Positions 37,902-48,305 of a stretch of DNA of 61,691 nucleotides are shown piece by piece. This DNA comes from an uncultured Methanosarcinales archaeon. Lineage in GTDB: Archaea; Nanobdellota; Nanobdellia; Woesearchaeales; CAZPJY01. The notes below the pieces were generated by a model that saw only the letters and a program-made list of their open reading frames with translations, was not told the origin of the DNA and ran no database searches. Positions within the stretch are counted from its first letter, which is position 1, and every line of letters begins with the position of its first letter. The position numbers were made by a program, and so were the translations under genes. Where the stretch lies: NCBI GenBank assembly GCA_964587045.1, contig CAZPJY010000001.1, positions 62,001 through 123,691 on the forward strand, given 5' to 3'.

Positions 37902-38600
37902 ATGGACCACAGGAAGATAAGCAAGGAGAAATATGTCATAGCAGGCGTGCTGACCATCCTGATTTTCGTGCTGGGGGTCGCGCTTGGAATGATAATAGAC
38001 AACGAACGCCTCCAGTGGATAACGCGTGTCAACAGCCTGCAGGACATCAACTACCAAAGCCTCCAGTTCCAGTACCTTTACCTCTCAACTCTTGGCAATG
38101 ACAACGAAAGCTGCGCCGTGCTGCACGCTACCCTGGAGGACAGTATCGCTGACCTCGGCTACACAATCGATAAGATGGAGGAGTTCCAGAAGGACTCTGA
38201 GATGAAGGATGACGAGTACGACCTTCTCAGGAGGAGGTACATACTTGACAACCTCAAGTATTGGCTCTTCGCCCGACGGACCCAGGAGGTTTGCTACCGG
38301 GACCTCGTACCTGTCCTGTACTTCTATTCTGACGATAACTGCGAGATATGCCCCAGCCAGGGAGTCATTCTCACCTATTTCAAGAAGAAGTACAACGATC
38401 GCTTCTTGGTCTTCCCGCTGAACGCTGACCTCAGGAACGATGAGCCCATGGTCGACATGTTGATGATGAGATACGGCGTCACCGAGCTGCCGACCCTGAT
38501 CATCAACGAGACCCGCTATGAAGGTGTCGTCGAGAGAGGGGCTTTAAGCAGCATCATCTGCGCGAACTTCAAGGACAAAAGCCTATGCGTTCAACCATAA
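37902..38600 (+). CDS. Membrane-anchored thioredoxin-like protein
   Basis: N-terminal TM; LYFYS..CEIC; YGV..LPTLII (cis-Pro loop). Confidence 0.7.
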   Translation: MDHRKISKEKYVIAGVLTILIFVLGVALGMIIDNERLQWITRVNSLQDINYQSLQFQYLYLSTLGNDNESCAVLHATLEDSIADLGYTIDKMEEFQKDSEMKDDEYDLLRRRYILDNLKYWLFARRTQEVCYRDLVPVLYFYSDDNCEICPSQGVILTYFKKKYNDRFLVFPLNADLRNDEPMVDMLMMRYGVTELPTLIINETRYEGVVERGALSSIICANFKDKSLCVQP

Positions 38601-41047
38601 GGGAATACCTAAAGGAAGGCACCATCGGGATTGTGGCCGTTATCGTGTTATTTCTCATTGTCAAGGTAGTCATGCTGTTCTACCACCAAGACATATACTG
38701 GGACGAGGCAGTCTACATATCGATGGGCAAGTACCTATTCTCTGGCGGGACCGTCGGCTTCTTCGAGGACCTGAGGCCTCTAGTACTCCCTCTGATCCTG
38801 GGGCTTATATGGAAGCTTGGCATCTCCCCGGTGGCTTTCGGAACGGGGTTGGAGATACTCATCGGAGCGGCCACGATATTCATGACCTACCGGATCGGGA
38901 CGCGCCTCTTCAACAAGGGTGTTGGAACGATTGCAGCCCTCATCCTGGCCTTCCTGCCCATCTTCATAGAGTACTCCTCGCGTGTCCTGACTGGCATCCC
39001 GTCCACGCTGCTGGCTCTCGTGGCAGTGGACCTCTTCATCAGCAGGAAATACGCATGGGCCGGGGTGCTCGCAGGGTTGGCCTTCCTGACGCGCTTTCCA
39101 CAAGGCATAGTGGTAGCATCCTTTGTCATCATATTCGCCTACGCGGCCGTTGCATCATACCCTAAGGTGCAGAAGGCCGTCATGGCTGCGGCCATGACCC
39201 TGGCCGGGTTCTTCGCAACCGTCATCCCCTACTTCATTTTCAACCTGATCTTCTACAAGGATGTGACGGCGAACGCAAAGGATGCACTCTTCAGGCCTTT
39301 CCTCCTGGCTTTCTCTACCATAGAATACAGCAACGCATGGGTCTACCAGGGATCCCGCCTGTTCTACTTCACAGAGCTCCTGAAGGAGAACGCCCTGCTC
39401 ATTTTCGCAGCAATCGGCCTTTGGTACATCATTGCGAAGAAGCTTTACCGAAAGGAGAGGTACCTAGCAGTTCTGCTGCCGCTCATCCTGCTTTTTTCGT
39501 ACTTCACCTACACTCAGCACAAGGAGCTCCGGTTCGCTCTTTCGTTCCTTCCCTACCTTGCCATTTTGGCCGGGGCAGGGATAGGTCAGGTATTCCACCT
39601 GATGAGGAAGAAGCTCAAACCCTCGGCGCGCGCATTTGCCATCGCCTTGGTAATGTTTTTGATAATCGCGGGGATGGTCGTCGCGCTGGTCAGGACTGAG
39701 CGCATGATAAACTGGATGCCCAAGGATGAGAGGCCTATCATGGGATTCTACACGTACCCGCAGGGGATGGAAGGATTCATGTTCACAACAGACCCCCTCA
39801 TGGCGGTGTACAACGACCTGCCAATGGCCGCGGGGTTCTACTTCGACATCGGCGTGTACGAATATAGGACCCACAAGAATGAGATTACGATAGCCGCTTT
39901 CTCCACCCGATCCTACCTGTGCGAGGACCCTGAATGCGTCGACCGCAAGAACAGGTTCCTGCTCACCCTGTTTGATGACATGGACCTAGCATACTGGCAG
40001 CGCTACAATGGAGACGATTATTTCATCTTCACAAAGGACGGCCCGAAGCTGGATGAGAATGAGGTGCTAAAGGAGCTGAACATCACCCTGTCGAGACGGG
40101 TGGAGATGCTTCCCAACCCGGGAGGCAAGGAGCTGATGGTGCTGTTCAGGGCTGACAACGCAGCAGGGTTGTACACCGAGGACGGCAAGGGCAACATTTG
40201 GAAGGCCGACAACTTCAGGAGGTTAAACGACCTCTTCGAGGAGAAGGGCGTCCCGCTGCTGTGGCTCATAGTTCCTGCTGAGCTTCCCCAGCTCAACTAC
40301 GAGAGCCTTCAATACGTTAAGGAGACCCTCAAGGACCCGCTCTTCTCAGTCGCCCAGCATGGGTATGCGCATGCCAACAACGGAGACCTCTCTGAGTTCA
40401 CAGGACTTGGCTACCAGGAGCAGCTGGACATGATCAAACACGGCAAGGCCCTCATATACCAGTACCTAGGTGTCGAGCCCGAAGTCTTCGTCCCGCCGTT
40501 CAACAGGGGCAATGAGGACACAGCAAGAGCCGCAGAGGAGGCAGGCTTCAAGGCCTACTCATCTGTCTGGAACGACTGGACCGAGACAGACCTCCTGAGG
40601 CTCGACGAGAAGGTCAACCATGTCGAGTCCTGGTCGCCCCTGACCCTGCAGGATGCCAAGAGCATGGAAGAGGCGATAACGGATTACATGACATTCGAGC
40701 ATGATTACGTGGTCGTAGACTTGGCTTATTACTACATGGAGGACAAGGACTTCCAAGAGCTTTCCGACCTGCTGGATTACATAAATGGGAGGGATGACAT
40801 GCAGGTAGCTTCGTTTGACGAGATGATCTCATGGTACTCCCGCGACGTTGAGTTCGAGCACGAGGGCGAGGTCATAAGGATTGATTCCGATGACCCGAGG
40901 CCGATAACCCTCTCCTTTGTAGGGAGCGGCAACTACACCCTTGAGGGGACATATTTTGAAAACGGAGGCAGTGTACTGCTCAAGAACGGCGCGCACGAAG
41001 ACATAACCATCTGCCTCAACGAAACTTGCAGCATGCTGGTAAGATGA
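38585..41047 (+). CDS. GT39/PMT-like glycosyltransferase fused to DUF2334/polysaccharide deacetylase domain
   Basis: WDEAVY, RPLVLP, LTRFPQG, HKELRF; C-terminal FRADN, QHGYAH, SEF, FVPPFN. Confidence 0.8.
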   Translation: MRSTIREYLKEGTIGIVAVIVLFLIVKVVMLFYHQDIYWDEAVYISMGKYLFSGGTVGFFEDLRPLVLPLILGLIWKLGISPVAFGTGLEILIGAATIFMTYRIGTRLFNKGVGTIAALILAFLPIFIEYSSRVLTGIPSTLLALVAVDLFISRKYAWAGVLAGLAFLTRFPQGIVVASFVIIFAYAAVASYPKVQKAVMAAAMTLAGFFATVIPYFIFNLIFYKDVTANAKDALFRPFLLAFSTIEYSNAWVYQGSRLFYFTELLKENALLIFAAIGLWYIIAKKLYRKERYLAVLLPLILLFSYFTYTQHKELRFALSFLPYLAILAGAGIGQVFHLMRKKLKPSARAFAIALVMFLIIAGMVVALVRTERMINWMPKDERPIMGFYTYPQGMEGFMFTTDPLMAVYNDLPMAAGFYFDIGVYEYRTHKNEITIAAFSTRSYLCEDPECVDRKNRFLLTLFDDMDLAYWQRYNGDDYFIFTKDGPKLDENEVLKELNITLSRRVEMLPNPGGKELMVLFRADNAAGLYTEDGKGNIWKADNFRRLNDLFEEKGVPLLWLIVPAELPQLNYESLQYVKETLKDPLFSVAQHGYAHANNGDLSEFTGLGYQEQLDMIKHGKALIYQYLGVEPEVFVPPFNRGNEDTARAAEEAGFKAYSSVWNDWTETDLLRLDEKVNHVESWSPLTLQDAKSMEEAITDYMTFEHDYVVVDLAYYYMEDKDFQELSDLLDYINGRDDMQVASFDEMISWYSRDVEFEHEGEVIRIDSDDPRPITLSFVGSGNYTLEGTYFENGGSVLLKNGAHEDITICLNETCSMLVR

Positions 41048-42432
41048 GAAAAGAAATAATCGCCATAATGCTCGTCGCCGCAGCGATCTTCTTCATCTAT
41101 GACCTCAACTCGCCAGGTCTCTGGTGGGACTCGGCAGTGTACCTGGGGATGGGGAAGTACATCTGGTCCCTGGGGCACTCAGGCCTGTGGGAGCCAATCA
41201 GGCCTGTCATCTGGCCGGTAGTTCTGGGACTAGGATGGCGCATCGGCATCGATCCCCTCTCCTTCGCGCAGATGCTGACCTTGGCATGCTTCCTCGCCAG
41301 CGTTTATCTGGTGTACCTCATATCGAGGACGGTTTTCGGGGAGAGGGAGGCTTTGGCGGCTTCGCTTGCTTGGTCACTGTCCCCGCTGGTAATGGCGCTG
41401 CTTCCTCAGCGCATGACTGACATCCCATCCATATTTCTGGCCTTGCTGGGCATCCACCTCTTCATTAAGGGCAGGTACTTATGGTCAGGATTGGTTGTAG
41501 GGCTCGCAGCGCTCACGAGATTCCCCCAAGGTCTTGTGGCCGCAGCCCTCCTGTTTGGTGTCTGGCTCTTCCCCTTAGGCAAATGGAGGCATCCGAAGGT
41601 CAGGGCGATGGAGATGGAATCTGCCAGCCTCAAGACAGGCCTGTTCCTATTGGGATTCGTTCTTATAATGGCGGCCTACCTGGCATCAAACCTGATCGTG
41701 TATGGCAACATGCTGCTGCCTTTCACCATGGGCCAGACGGTCGTCGAGCAGGATCAGGTGTCGTGGCTGGGCCGCGGTATGGGATACTACCTCTATGCCC
41801 TTTCATCAGAAGGCATACTAGCCATGATGGCTGCTGCTGGGGCTGTGCTCGTGCTGATGAGGAAGGACAGGACCAGCATTCACCTGTTTACCGTGCCCAC
41901 CCTCATGCTTGCCTACCTGTTTTCGCTGGCGCACAAGGAGGCCAGGTTCCTGGTCATGGCGCTTCCCTACCTGTGCATGCTGGCAGCTTATGCGTGGGCC
42001 TCCTTGCTTCGTAAGGGGAGAGCATGGCTTGCAGTGGCGCTCATCATCGGAGCAGCTTGGGCAGTCCAGACTGCCTACAACTCTCCCGATCTCTTCGGCC
42101 AACCACCTCCGGATGTCCTTCAGTCCTATGCCCGGGAAAATCCTCATGGGTATGCCATATCGTCCCCGCTGAGTTTACTGCTTTCGGACGCTGGGGCCAC
42201 AGACCTTTTGTACTACCCGTCGTTCAGCACCGAGAGGGCACGTGAGATCTCAGAAAAAGCCCCTTACTTTGAGGCGGTGCTGCTGAACACGTGCGACCTG
42301 AGGTGCCCTCCTGGCGATGAGATGTGTCCGGCGGAAAAGGAAAGGATGGTTGAGGCTCTCAGGTCGAACCTGGAACTGGTCTCATTGTCAGAAGGGGATT
42401 GCGAAAAACTCATCCTCGTTTCCGGATCCTGA
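41044..42432 (+). CDS. GT39/PMT-like membrane glycosyltransferase, paralog of the previous N-domain
   Basis: WDSAVYLGMGKY, RPVIWP, TDIPS, LTRFPQG, HKEARF. Confidence 0.8.
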   Translation: MRKEIIAIMLVAAAIFFIYDLNSPGLWWDSAVYLGMGKYIWSLGHSGLWEPIRPVIWPVVLGLGWRIGIDPLSFAQMLTLACFLASVYLVYLISRTVFGEREALAASLAWSLSPLVMALLPQRMTDIPSIFLALLGIHLFIKGRYLWSGLVVGLAALTRFPQGLVAAALLFGVWLFPLGKWRHPKVRAMEMESASLKTGLFLLGFVLIMAAYLASNLIVYGNMLLPFTMGQTVVEQDQVSWLGRGMGYYLYALSSEGILAMMAAAGAVLVLMRKDRTSIHLFTVPTLMLAYLFSLAHKEARFLVMALPYLCMLAAYAWASLLRKGRAWLAVALIIGAAWAVQTAYNSPDLFGQPPPDVLQSYARENPHGYAISSPLSLLLSDAGATDLLYYPSFSTERAREISEKAPYFEAVLLNTCDLRCPPGDEMCPAEKERMVEALRSNLELVSLSEGDCEKLILVSGS

Positions 42433-42871
42433 CCTTGTCCCCTATAGTTAGCTCGGAGCCCTGCACATGGCTTACCTTGAGATCCTCATCGCTGCTGAAC
42501 TGCTCGATGAGGCTGATGTTCAGGAACCTTTCGAGCTTGCGTGCGAGCTCGTGATTGGGCTCGAAATGGCCGGATTCCATCTTGTGGATAAGGGACTCCT
42601 TCTCTGAGATCCTCTCAGCCATGTCCTTTTGCTTGAGGCCCTTCCGCTCCCTTGCCTCCTTGATGACCCTTCCATAATCTGACCTTATGTACTCAGTCAA
42701 CTCCTCCCTCCGCAGCACCGGCTTTTGCGCGGCTCTTTTTGGGGCGGGCTTGGGGCTTGCGCTCCCCAGAATCTTGCCGAAGCTCGCGCAGGACTTGCAT
42801 ACGATAAGGACAGAGCCTTCAATATCCACCCTGAAGAGTTGACCATCAGAACCACACATCTCACACTGCAT
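42410..42871 (-). CDS. mbf1: Archaeal multiprotein bridging factor aMBF1
   Basis: CEMCG...IEG....VCKSC Zn ribbon plus HTH (AREx.GLKQ.D.A..I.EKES.I.K.E.G..EP); GGGGTGA RBS. Confidence 0.92.
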   Translation of the reverse strand: MQCEMCGSDGQLFRVDIEGSVLIVCKSCASFGKILGSASPKPAPKRAAQKPVLRREELTEYIRSDYGRVIKEARERKGLKQKDMAERISEKESLIHKMESGHFEPNHELARKLERFLNISLIEQFSSDEDLKVSHVQGSELTIGDKVRIRKRG

Positions 42872-42905
42872 GCTGCTCACCCCCATATTGGTCATATGGA
42901 ATCTT

Positions 42906-43943
42906 CTATTTAAGCTTTTTGAAGACAAGCATCTCCAGGTCCTCAGCTCCCTGCCATACGGTCTCTGACGATTCGAGTGCCCATCCCTCAGCAGCTCCGC
43001 GCACCTCGTTTCCGGAACGGGTGAGTATCACCATCCTTCCATCCAGGATGGTTTTTGCGCAGGCGAAGAGGTCCCGGTACCTCCTAGTCGAATCTGACCT
43101 GGATGTCATGTTGGGAGGGTATGTTACGATTGCTGATACCTCACCATTCCCGAACTTCGTATCTAGCCATTCCACCTCGTTCCTCGAGAATTGGATGTCA
43201 ACCCCTGCCACTTTTGCGTTCTTCCTGCTGGCGGCAATCGCTGAGAACTCCTCATCGACAGCCACGACCGTCCTGTCGTCCTTTACGGCCGGCGGATCGA
43301 CGGGGCTGGTTTGGAAGAGCCGTTTTCGGTAGTACTGTGGGGATTTGTTCTTGGCCATCAGCGCCGCTTCGATGGTGATGGTGCCCGAGTTGCAGAAAGG
43401 GTCGAGCAGTATGCCTCGTTCCCAACCGGCTTTCATGACGGCGGCTGCGGCGACCGTCGGCTTGAGGGTCCTTCTCCTGTGGAAGACCATGTAGTCGCGC
43501 TTCGATATGTCGAAGCCCGCGACATCTGACCCGAGAAAGCAGGTCCCTGCGGAGAAGACGGCTATGTAGCTGACGTCAGGCGAGCTCAGGTCGACCTTTG
43601 CGCCTCCGCAGTCCTTGTATATGGCGGATCCTATCATCCTCTCCAGCTCATCGGCAGGGAACGCCCTGTCACCGGCGCATCTCACCCGAAAGCTCTTTTT
43701 TGGGTCATGGCCCACCTTTAGGGGAGGGATGCTGTCTAGGTCAAAGAACTTGAAGGACACCTTGAAGCGGAGGACGTTTGTGAAGGTCCGGCCCATGTAC
43801 GCAAGCTTCAGCAGCTCATCTTCGCTTGCGGAAAAGCTCACTGTTCCCGGAGAAGAGGTCTGGGCTTTCTTCCCTATCAGACTTCTTATCTCCGCTATCG
43901 CTTCTTGCTCTATCCCTTTGTTGCAGAATATCAGTGCTTCCAT
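42906..43943 (-). CDS. THUMP domain RNA methyltransferase (Trm14/RlmL-like)
   Basis: [44 protein letters not shown]. Confidence 0.8.
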   Translation of the reverse strand: MEALIFCNKGIEQEAIAEIRSLIGKKAQTSSPGTVSFSASEDELLKLAYMGRTFTNVLRFKVSFKFFDLDSIPPLKVGHDPKKSFRVRCAGDRAFPADELERMIGSAIYKDCGGAKVDLSSPDVSYIAVFSAGTCFLGSDVAGFDISKRDYMVFHRRRTLKPTVAAAAVMKAGWERGILLDPFCNSGTITIEAALMAKNKSPQYYRKRLFQTSPVDPPAVKDDRTVVAVDEEFSAIAASRKNAKVAGVDIQFSRNEVEWLDTKFGNGEVSAIVTYPPNMTSRSDSTRRYRDLFACAKTILDGRMVILTRSGNEVRGAAEGWALESSETVWQGAEDLEMLVFKKLK

Positions 43944-46437
43944 TGGTCTTTCCCTCAGCCTTCTTGGGCTCAGGCGCCTTTTCGATTCCGTTTGGGACCT
44001 CCCTTTCGCCGAGTATCCTCGCGGCAGCCACCACCTCGTCACCCTGCTTGAGGCGCATGATTCTGACACCTTGCGTGTTCCTGCTGATGGTGGAGATGTC
44101 CTTTGAGGGCATCCTGATAACGATTCCGTTCTTGGTGACGAACATGAGCTCGTCCAGCTCGTCTACAGTCCTCACTGCGACTACCCTGCCGTTGCGCTGG
44201 GTGGTCTTGATGTTGATGACTCCCTTGCCACCCCTTGATATCAGCCTGTACTCATTGATAGGCGTCCTCTTGCCGTAGCCGTTCTGGGTAATTGTGAGCA
44301 GGGTCTTGTCAGGTCCAGCCCTCACCATGCCTATCATGCTGTCCCCCTTCCTGAGGCGTATGCCCCGGACGCCGTGGCTCGCGCGTCCCATGGGCCGAAC
44401 GTTTGCCTCGTTGAACCTGATGGCAAGGCCGTTCGAAGTCGCGAGTATGACCTCCTGCTTTCCGTTGGTGAGTATGACATTCTCGAGATGCTCTCCTTCA
44501 AGCAGGTGGATGGCGCGAATGCCTCCCCTGCGCGGGTTGGAGAAGGCCTCCAGGGGGGTCTTCTTGACCGTGCCCATATTGGTGGCCATCATCAGGTATT
44601 TTCCCTTCGAGAATTCCTTGACCGGTATGAACGCGGTTATGGTCTCATCCTTGTCCAGCTGAAGCAGGTTGATCACTGCTTTTCCCTTGGACTGCCTGCT
44701 CGCCTCCGGTATCATATAGACCTTTATCCAGTAGAGGATGCCCTTGTCGGTGAAAAGCAACAGGTAGGAATGGGTGTTGGCGACGAAGAGGTGCTCTATT
44801 GCGTCCTCCTCCTTCTTTCCAGCGCCTATGATGCCCTTGCCTCCCCTGTGCTGTGCCTTGTAGGTGTCGAGAGGGACCCTCTTGACGTAGCCGTCCTGCG
44901 ATATAGTGACCACGACATCCTCAGGCTGTATGAGGTCTCCGATGTCCAGGCCGTCCTCGAGCGTCTCGTCGATTTCGGTCTTGCGCTCGTCACCGTAGTT
45001 TCGCTTGAGCTCTTCGCACTCGTTCTTGATGATGTCGCGTACCTTGACCTCGGAGTCGAGGATGGACTTGTACTCTGCGATCATCTTGAGGGTCTCTGCT
45101 TGGTCGTCCTTTATCTTATGCTGCTCGAGGCTTGTCAGCTTCTGCAGCTTCATGTCGAGAATGGCCTGCGCCTGCTCTTCGCTCAGCTTGAACACGAGAG
45201 TAAGCTGGGACCTGGCGGACTCCACCGATTTCGAGGCCCTTATGAGAGGGATGACCCTGTCGATGTTGTTGAGCGCAACCAGCAACCCTTCAAGGATGTG
45301 AGCCTTCTGCTGGGCCTTTTTGAGGTCGAAAGCAGTCCTCCTGCGGATTATCCTGATCCTATGCTTTATGAAGGCCTCGATGAACTCCTTGAGGGAGAAT
45401 ATCCTGGGCTTGCTGTCCTCGAGGGCCAGCATGTTGGCCCCGAAGGTCACCTGGAGCCTGGTGTGCTTGAACAGCTGGTTTAAGACTATGTCCTCATGCG
45501 CGTCCCTCTTGAGCTCGATGACGACCCTCATTCCGGTCCTGTCAGACTCGTCGCGGATGTCGCTGATCCCTTCGATGATCTTGTTCTTGACCATATCGGC
45601 GATTTGTTCGATCAGCACGGCCTTGTTCACCATGAAAGGGATCTCTGTGATTATGATGCTGTTCCTGTTGCCTTTCTCTTCTGTGTGGGTCTTGGCCCTG
45701 ACGACTACCCTCCCCCTCCCGTTCAGGTAGGTGTCCTTTATCCCTGACCTTCCGAGGATAATTCCGCCTGTCGGGAAGTCCGGCCCAGTTATTATATCCA
45801 TCAATTCAATAATGCTAATGTCTGGGTTGTCGACTGTTTGGATTATCGCATTCAGCACCTCGTTGAGGTTATGTGGCGGGATGTTGGTGGCCATCCCCAC
45901 TGCTATACCGCTTGAGCCGTTTACTAGGAGGTTTGGGAACTTGCTTGGAAGGACCATGGGCTCCTGCAGAGAGCCGTCGAAGTTGGGCATGAACTTCACA
46001 GTGTTCTTATCGATGTCTTCGAGCATCTCCTCTGCCTTCCGGTCCAGCCTGGCTTCAGTGTACCTCATTGCGGCAGCAGAATCGCCGTCGATGCTTCCGA
46101 AGTTGCCCTGCCCTTGCACGAGCATGTACCTCATCGAGAAGTCCTGAGCGAGCCTGACCATCGCGTCATATACTGACATGTCTCCGTGGGGGTGATACTT
46201 GCCAAGCACCTCACCCACGATCCTGGCGGATTTCTTGAAAGGCCTGTTGTGGAGGTTGCCCATATCCCTCATGGCGAAGAGGATGCGCCTGTGAACCGGC
46301 TTCAGGCCGTCCCTGACATCAGGCAGGGCGCGTGAAACTATGACAGACATGGCGTAGTCTAGAAATGAGCTTTTCATCTCATCTTCTATTTCCCGAGGGT
46401 TGACTTCATCCCTCAACTCGTTCGACTCCATCAGCAT
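43816..46437 (-). CDS. gyrA: DNA gyrase subunit A
   Basis: [32 protein letters not shown] (catalytic Tyr), GyrA box QHRGGKG, C-terminal pinwheel repeats. Confidence 0.97.
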   Translation of the reverse strand: MLMESNELRDEVNPREIEDEMKSSFLDYAMSVIVSRALPDVRDGLKPVHRRILFAMRDMGNLHNRPFKKSARIVGEVLGKYHPHGDMSVYDAMVRLAQDFSMRYMLVQGQGNFGSIDGDSAAAMRYTEARLDRKAEEMLEDIDKNTVKFMPNFDGSLQEPMVLPSKFPNLLVNGSSGIAVGMATNIPPHNLNEVLNAIIQTVDNPDISIIELMDIITGPDFPTGGIILGRSGIKDTYLNGRGRVVVRAKTHTEEKGNRNSIIITEIPFMVNKAVLIEQIADMVKNKIIEGISDIRDESDRTGMRVVIELKRDAHEDIVLNQLFKHTRLQVTFGANMLALEDSKPRIFSLKEFIEAFIKHRIRIIRRRTAFDLKKAQQKAHILEGLLVALNNIDRVIPLIRASKSVESARSQLTLVFKLSEEQAQAILDMKLQKLTSLEQHKIKDDQAETLKMIAEYKSILDSEVKVRDIIKNECEELKRNYGDERKTEIDETLEDGLDIGDLIQPEDVVVTISQDGYVKRVPLDTYKAQHRGGKGIIGAGKKEEDAIEHLFVANTHSYLLLFTDKGILYWIKVYMIPEASRQSKGKAVINLLQLDKDETITAFIPVKEFSKGKYLMMATNMGTVKKTPLEAFSNPRRGGIRAIHLLEGEHLENVILTNGKQEVILATSNGLAIRFNEANVRPMGRASHGVRGIRLRKGDSMIGMVRAGPDKTLLTITQNGYGKRTPINEYRLISRGGKGVINIKTTQRNGRVVAVRTVDELDELMFVTKNGIVIRMPSKDISTISRNTQGVRIMRLKQGDEVVAAARILGEREVPNGIEKAPEPKKAEGKTNGSTDILQQRDRARSDSGDKKSDREESPDLFSGNSELFRKRR

Positions 46438-46554
46438 CCCTTATGACCCTGAGAAAAAGGTCGTTTCTCGTCGATAAATGGAGTATGAACCGAATTTAAA
46501 TAAGTTGCGTTTTTCTGGGCAATATTTATATACTGGAGACGCGGTTTCCAGTGT

Positions 46555-48174
46555 GTGGATTGGAAAGACCTCGCCTTGAGAATAGCGCAGTTCCGGAAGT
46601 ATGAAGAGCAGTTTTTAAAGGACTTTGACAGGAGGTACAAGACTTTCTATGTGCACAACAAGCTGGTCGTAAGCGTTGTCGACAAGCGCCTGGAGCCTCT
46701 CCACCTCGAGCACGAGTACGTTAGGGGAGACCCAAAAAAGCTGGAGGGACTCAGAGGCGACCAGAGGATACTCCTGGAGAACCCCGTGCCTGATGAGATA
46801 AGGAGGAGGATGAGGGGGAACTTCGCCCAGATACTCGGAAACATCCACAGGGAGTTCGACGGCATCACGAGAATGGTCGACAGCGACAAGATGGAGGTAG
46901 GGGAGGGGGAGATACTCGACCTGCTCAAAGGGGAGAACTCAGTCCTGAACTCCGCAATCCTCGAGAGTGTCAGGCACGCCGCCCTGGGGGACATCCCTGC
47001 AGCTGAAGGGAGATTCCAGGAGGTTATTAGAGGATTCCAGGTTATAAAGGCTGACGGCAGGAATTCCCAGGAGGCGATGACCTATATTGCGGATCTCCTG
47101 AACCGGTGGCATGTCATGCTTGCCAACATAAAAAAGGAGGTCAAAGAAGAGGAGAATACGCTGAATTCCCTGCAGAGGATTATTTTGTCTGACGGTGTAA
47201 AGTACATGGATGTGGCGCCTCTGCTTATCCGCCTGAGACGCGTTGCGCAGAACATCAACTTTGAGATGTCCAGGGAGCAGAAGGAATTCATCATCCCGAT
47301 AAGGACAATCCTGCAGAAGGAATTCGACTACAACGAGAGGATCGAGAAGTGGGTGGAGCGGATCGGGAGTCAGGAGAAGAGGAGGTTCGCAACCATGCTG
47401 CCCTGGGTCCGGAAATCAGCTGAAGGCCAGTTCGTCTACGAGATGAAACAGGACCTAAGGAAGTTCGGGGCTTCCGAGGATGTCATAGACTACTGCAACA
47501 AGGTCAACCAGCACCTGGCAAAGAGTGGACTCCCCTCATCGCTGATAGCGCGGATAAGGATGCATACCGACGCCTACATCAGGATGTCGACGCGAAAAGC
47601 CAAGCAGCAGAGGGATATGCTAAACTATGAATCCTACAGGAAGAACATAGATCCTTTGACTCTTGCTCTGCGTAGGGATACACTCCTTACGATCATGCCC
47701 AAAATCCTAGGCCAGAGGAAGAGGGAGGCTAAAGGCTACATAGGACTAATCATGTTTGACATAGACCATTTCAAGCAGTTCAACGACAGGTACGGTCACC
47801 ACGTCGGTGACGAAGTGCTTCACTTCGTGGGCACCATTACCAAAGGGATGGTTCGGAAGAGCGACTTCTTCTCAAGGCATGGGGGCGAGGAGTTCCTCAT
47901 ATTCATGCCTGACACAAAGAACCCGACCAGCCCCTTAGCTCTAGCCGAGAAGATTAGGAAGAGAATTGAGGAGGGGAGCAGGGAGAAGATAGTCATGCAG
48001 GTCACGATCAGCTGCGGCGTCGGGGTTTTCAAGCCAACCAACAAGGTAGTAAGCGAAATGTCCCTCATGTCCCTTAGGGATTCCATGATCAAGATGGTCG
48101 ATGAGAAGCTTTACGTTTCCAAGAACTCAGGCAGGAACCGTTCGACAAGCTTAGGTTCTGTCGTCCCTATCTGA
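46555..48174 (+). CDS. GGDEF domain diguanylate cyclase with long helical N-terminus
   Basis: DPLT, MFDIDHFKQFNDRYGHHVGDEVL, RKSD I-site, RHGGEEF, VTISCG, LY.SK..GRNR. Confidence 0.9.
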   Translation: MDWKDLALRIAQFRKYEEQFLKDFDRRYKTFYVHNKLVVSVVDKRLEPLHLEHEYVRGDPKKLEGLRGDQRILLENPVPDEIRRRMRGNFAQILGNIHREFDGITRMVDSDKMEVGEGEILDLLKGENSVLNSAILESVRHAALGDIPAAEGRFQEVIRGFQVIKADGRNSQEAMTYIADLLNRWHVMLANIKKEVKEEENTLNSLQRIILSDGVKYMDVAPLLIRLRRVAQNINFEMSREQKEFIIPIRTILQKEFDYNERIEKWVERIGSQEKRRFATMLPWVRKSAEGQFVYEMKQDLRKFGASEDVIDYCNKVNQHLAKSGLPSSLIARIRMHTDAYIRMSTRKAKQQRDMLNYESYRKNIDPLTLALRRDTLLTIMPKILGQRKREAKGYIGLIMFDIDHFKQFNDRYGHHVGDEVLHFVGTITKGMVRKSDFFSRHGGEEFLIFMPDTKNPTSPLALAEKIRKRIEEGSREKIVMQVTISCGVGVFKPTNKVVSEMSLMSLRDSMIKMVDEKLYVSKNSGRNRSTSLGSVVPI

Positions 48175-48304
48175 CTTCTGACAATACATGATTCATTATT
48201 ATGAAGCTGCGGCCGCAGTAGACGCAGGATTTCCTTTTCCCGCCTACAGGGTTTCCCCCGTATTTCATCTGGTTCCCGCAATGGGGGCATTTTAGAAGCA
48301 GCAT
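48167..48304 (-). CDS. 45-aa zinc-ribbon protein (not in the ORF track)
   Basis: Translated by hand: MLLLKCPHCGNQMKYGGNPVGGKRKSCVYCGRSFIIMNHVLSEVR; starts 1 nt after the true scpB stop. Confidence 0.7.
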   Translation of the reverse strand: MLLLKCPHCGNQMKYGGNPVGGKRKSCVYCGRSFIIMNHVLSEVR

Positions 48305-48305
48305 C

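Noticed and set aside
44374..45483. 369-aa plus-strand ORF
   Set aside because: Antisense to gyrA; a codon-bias shadow.
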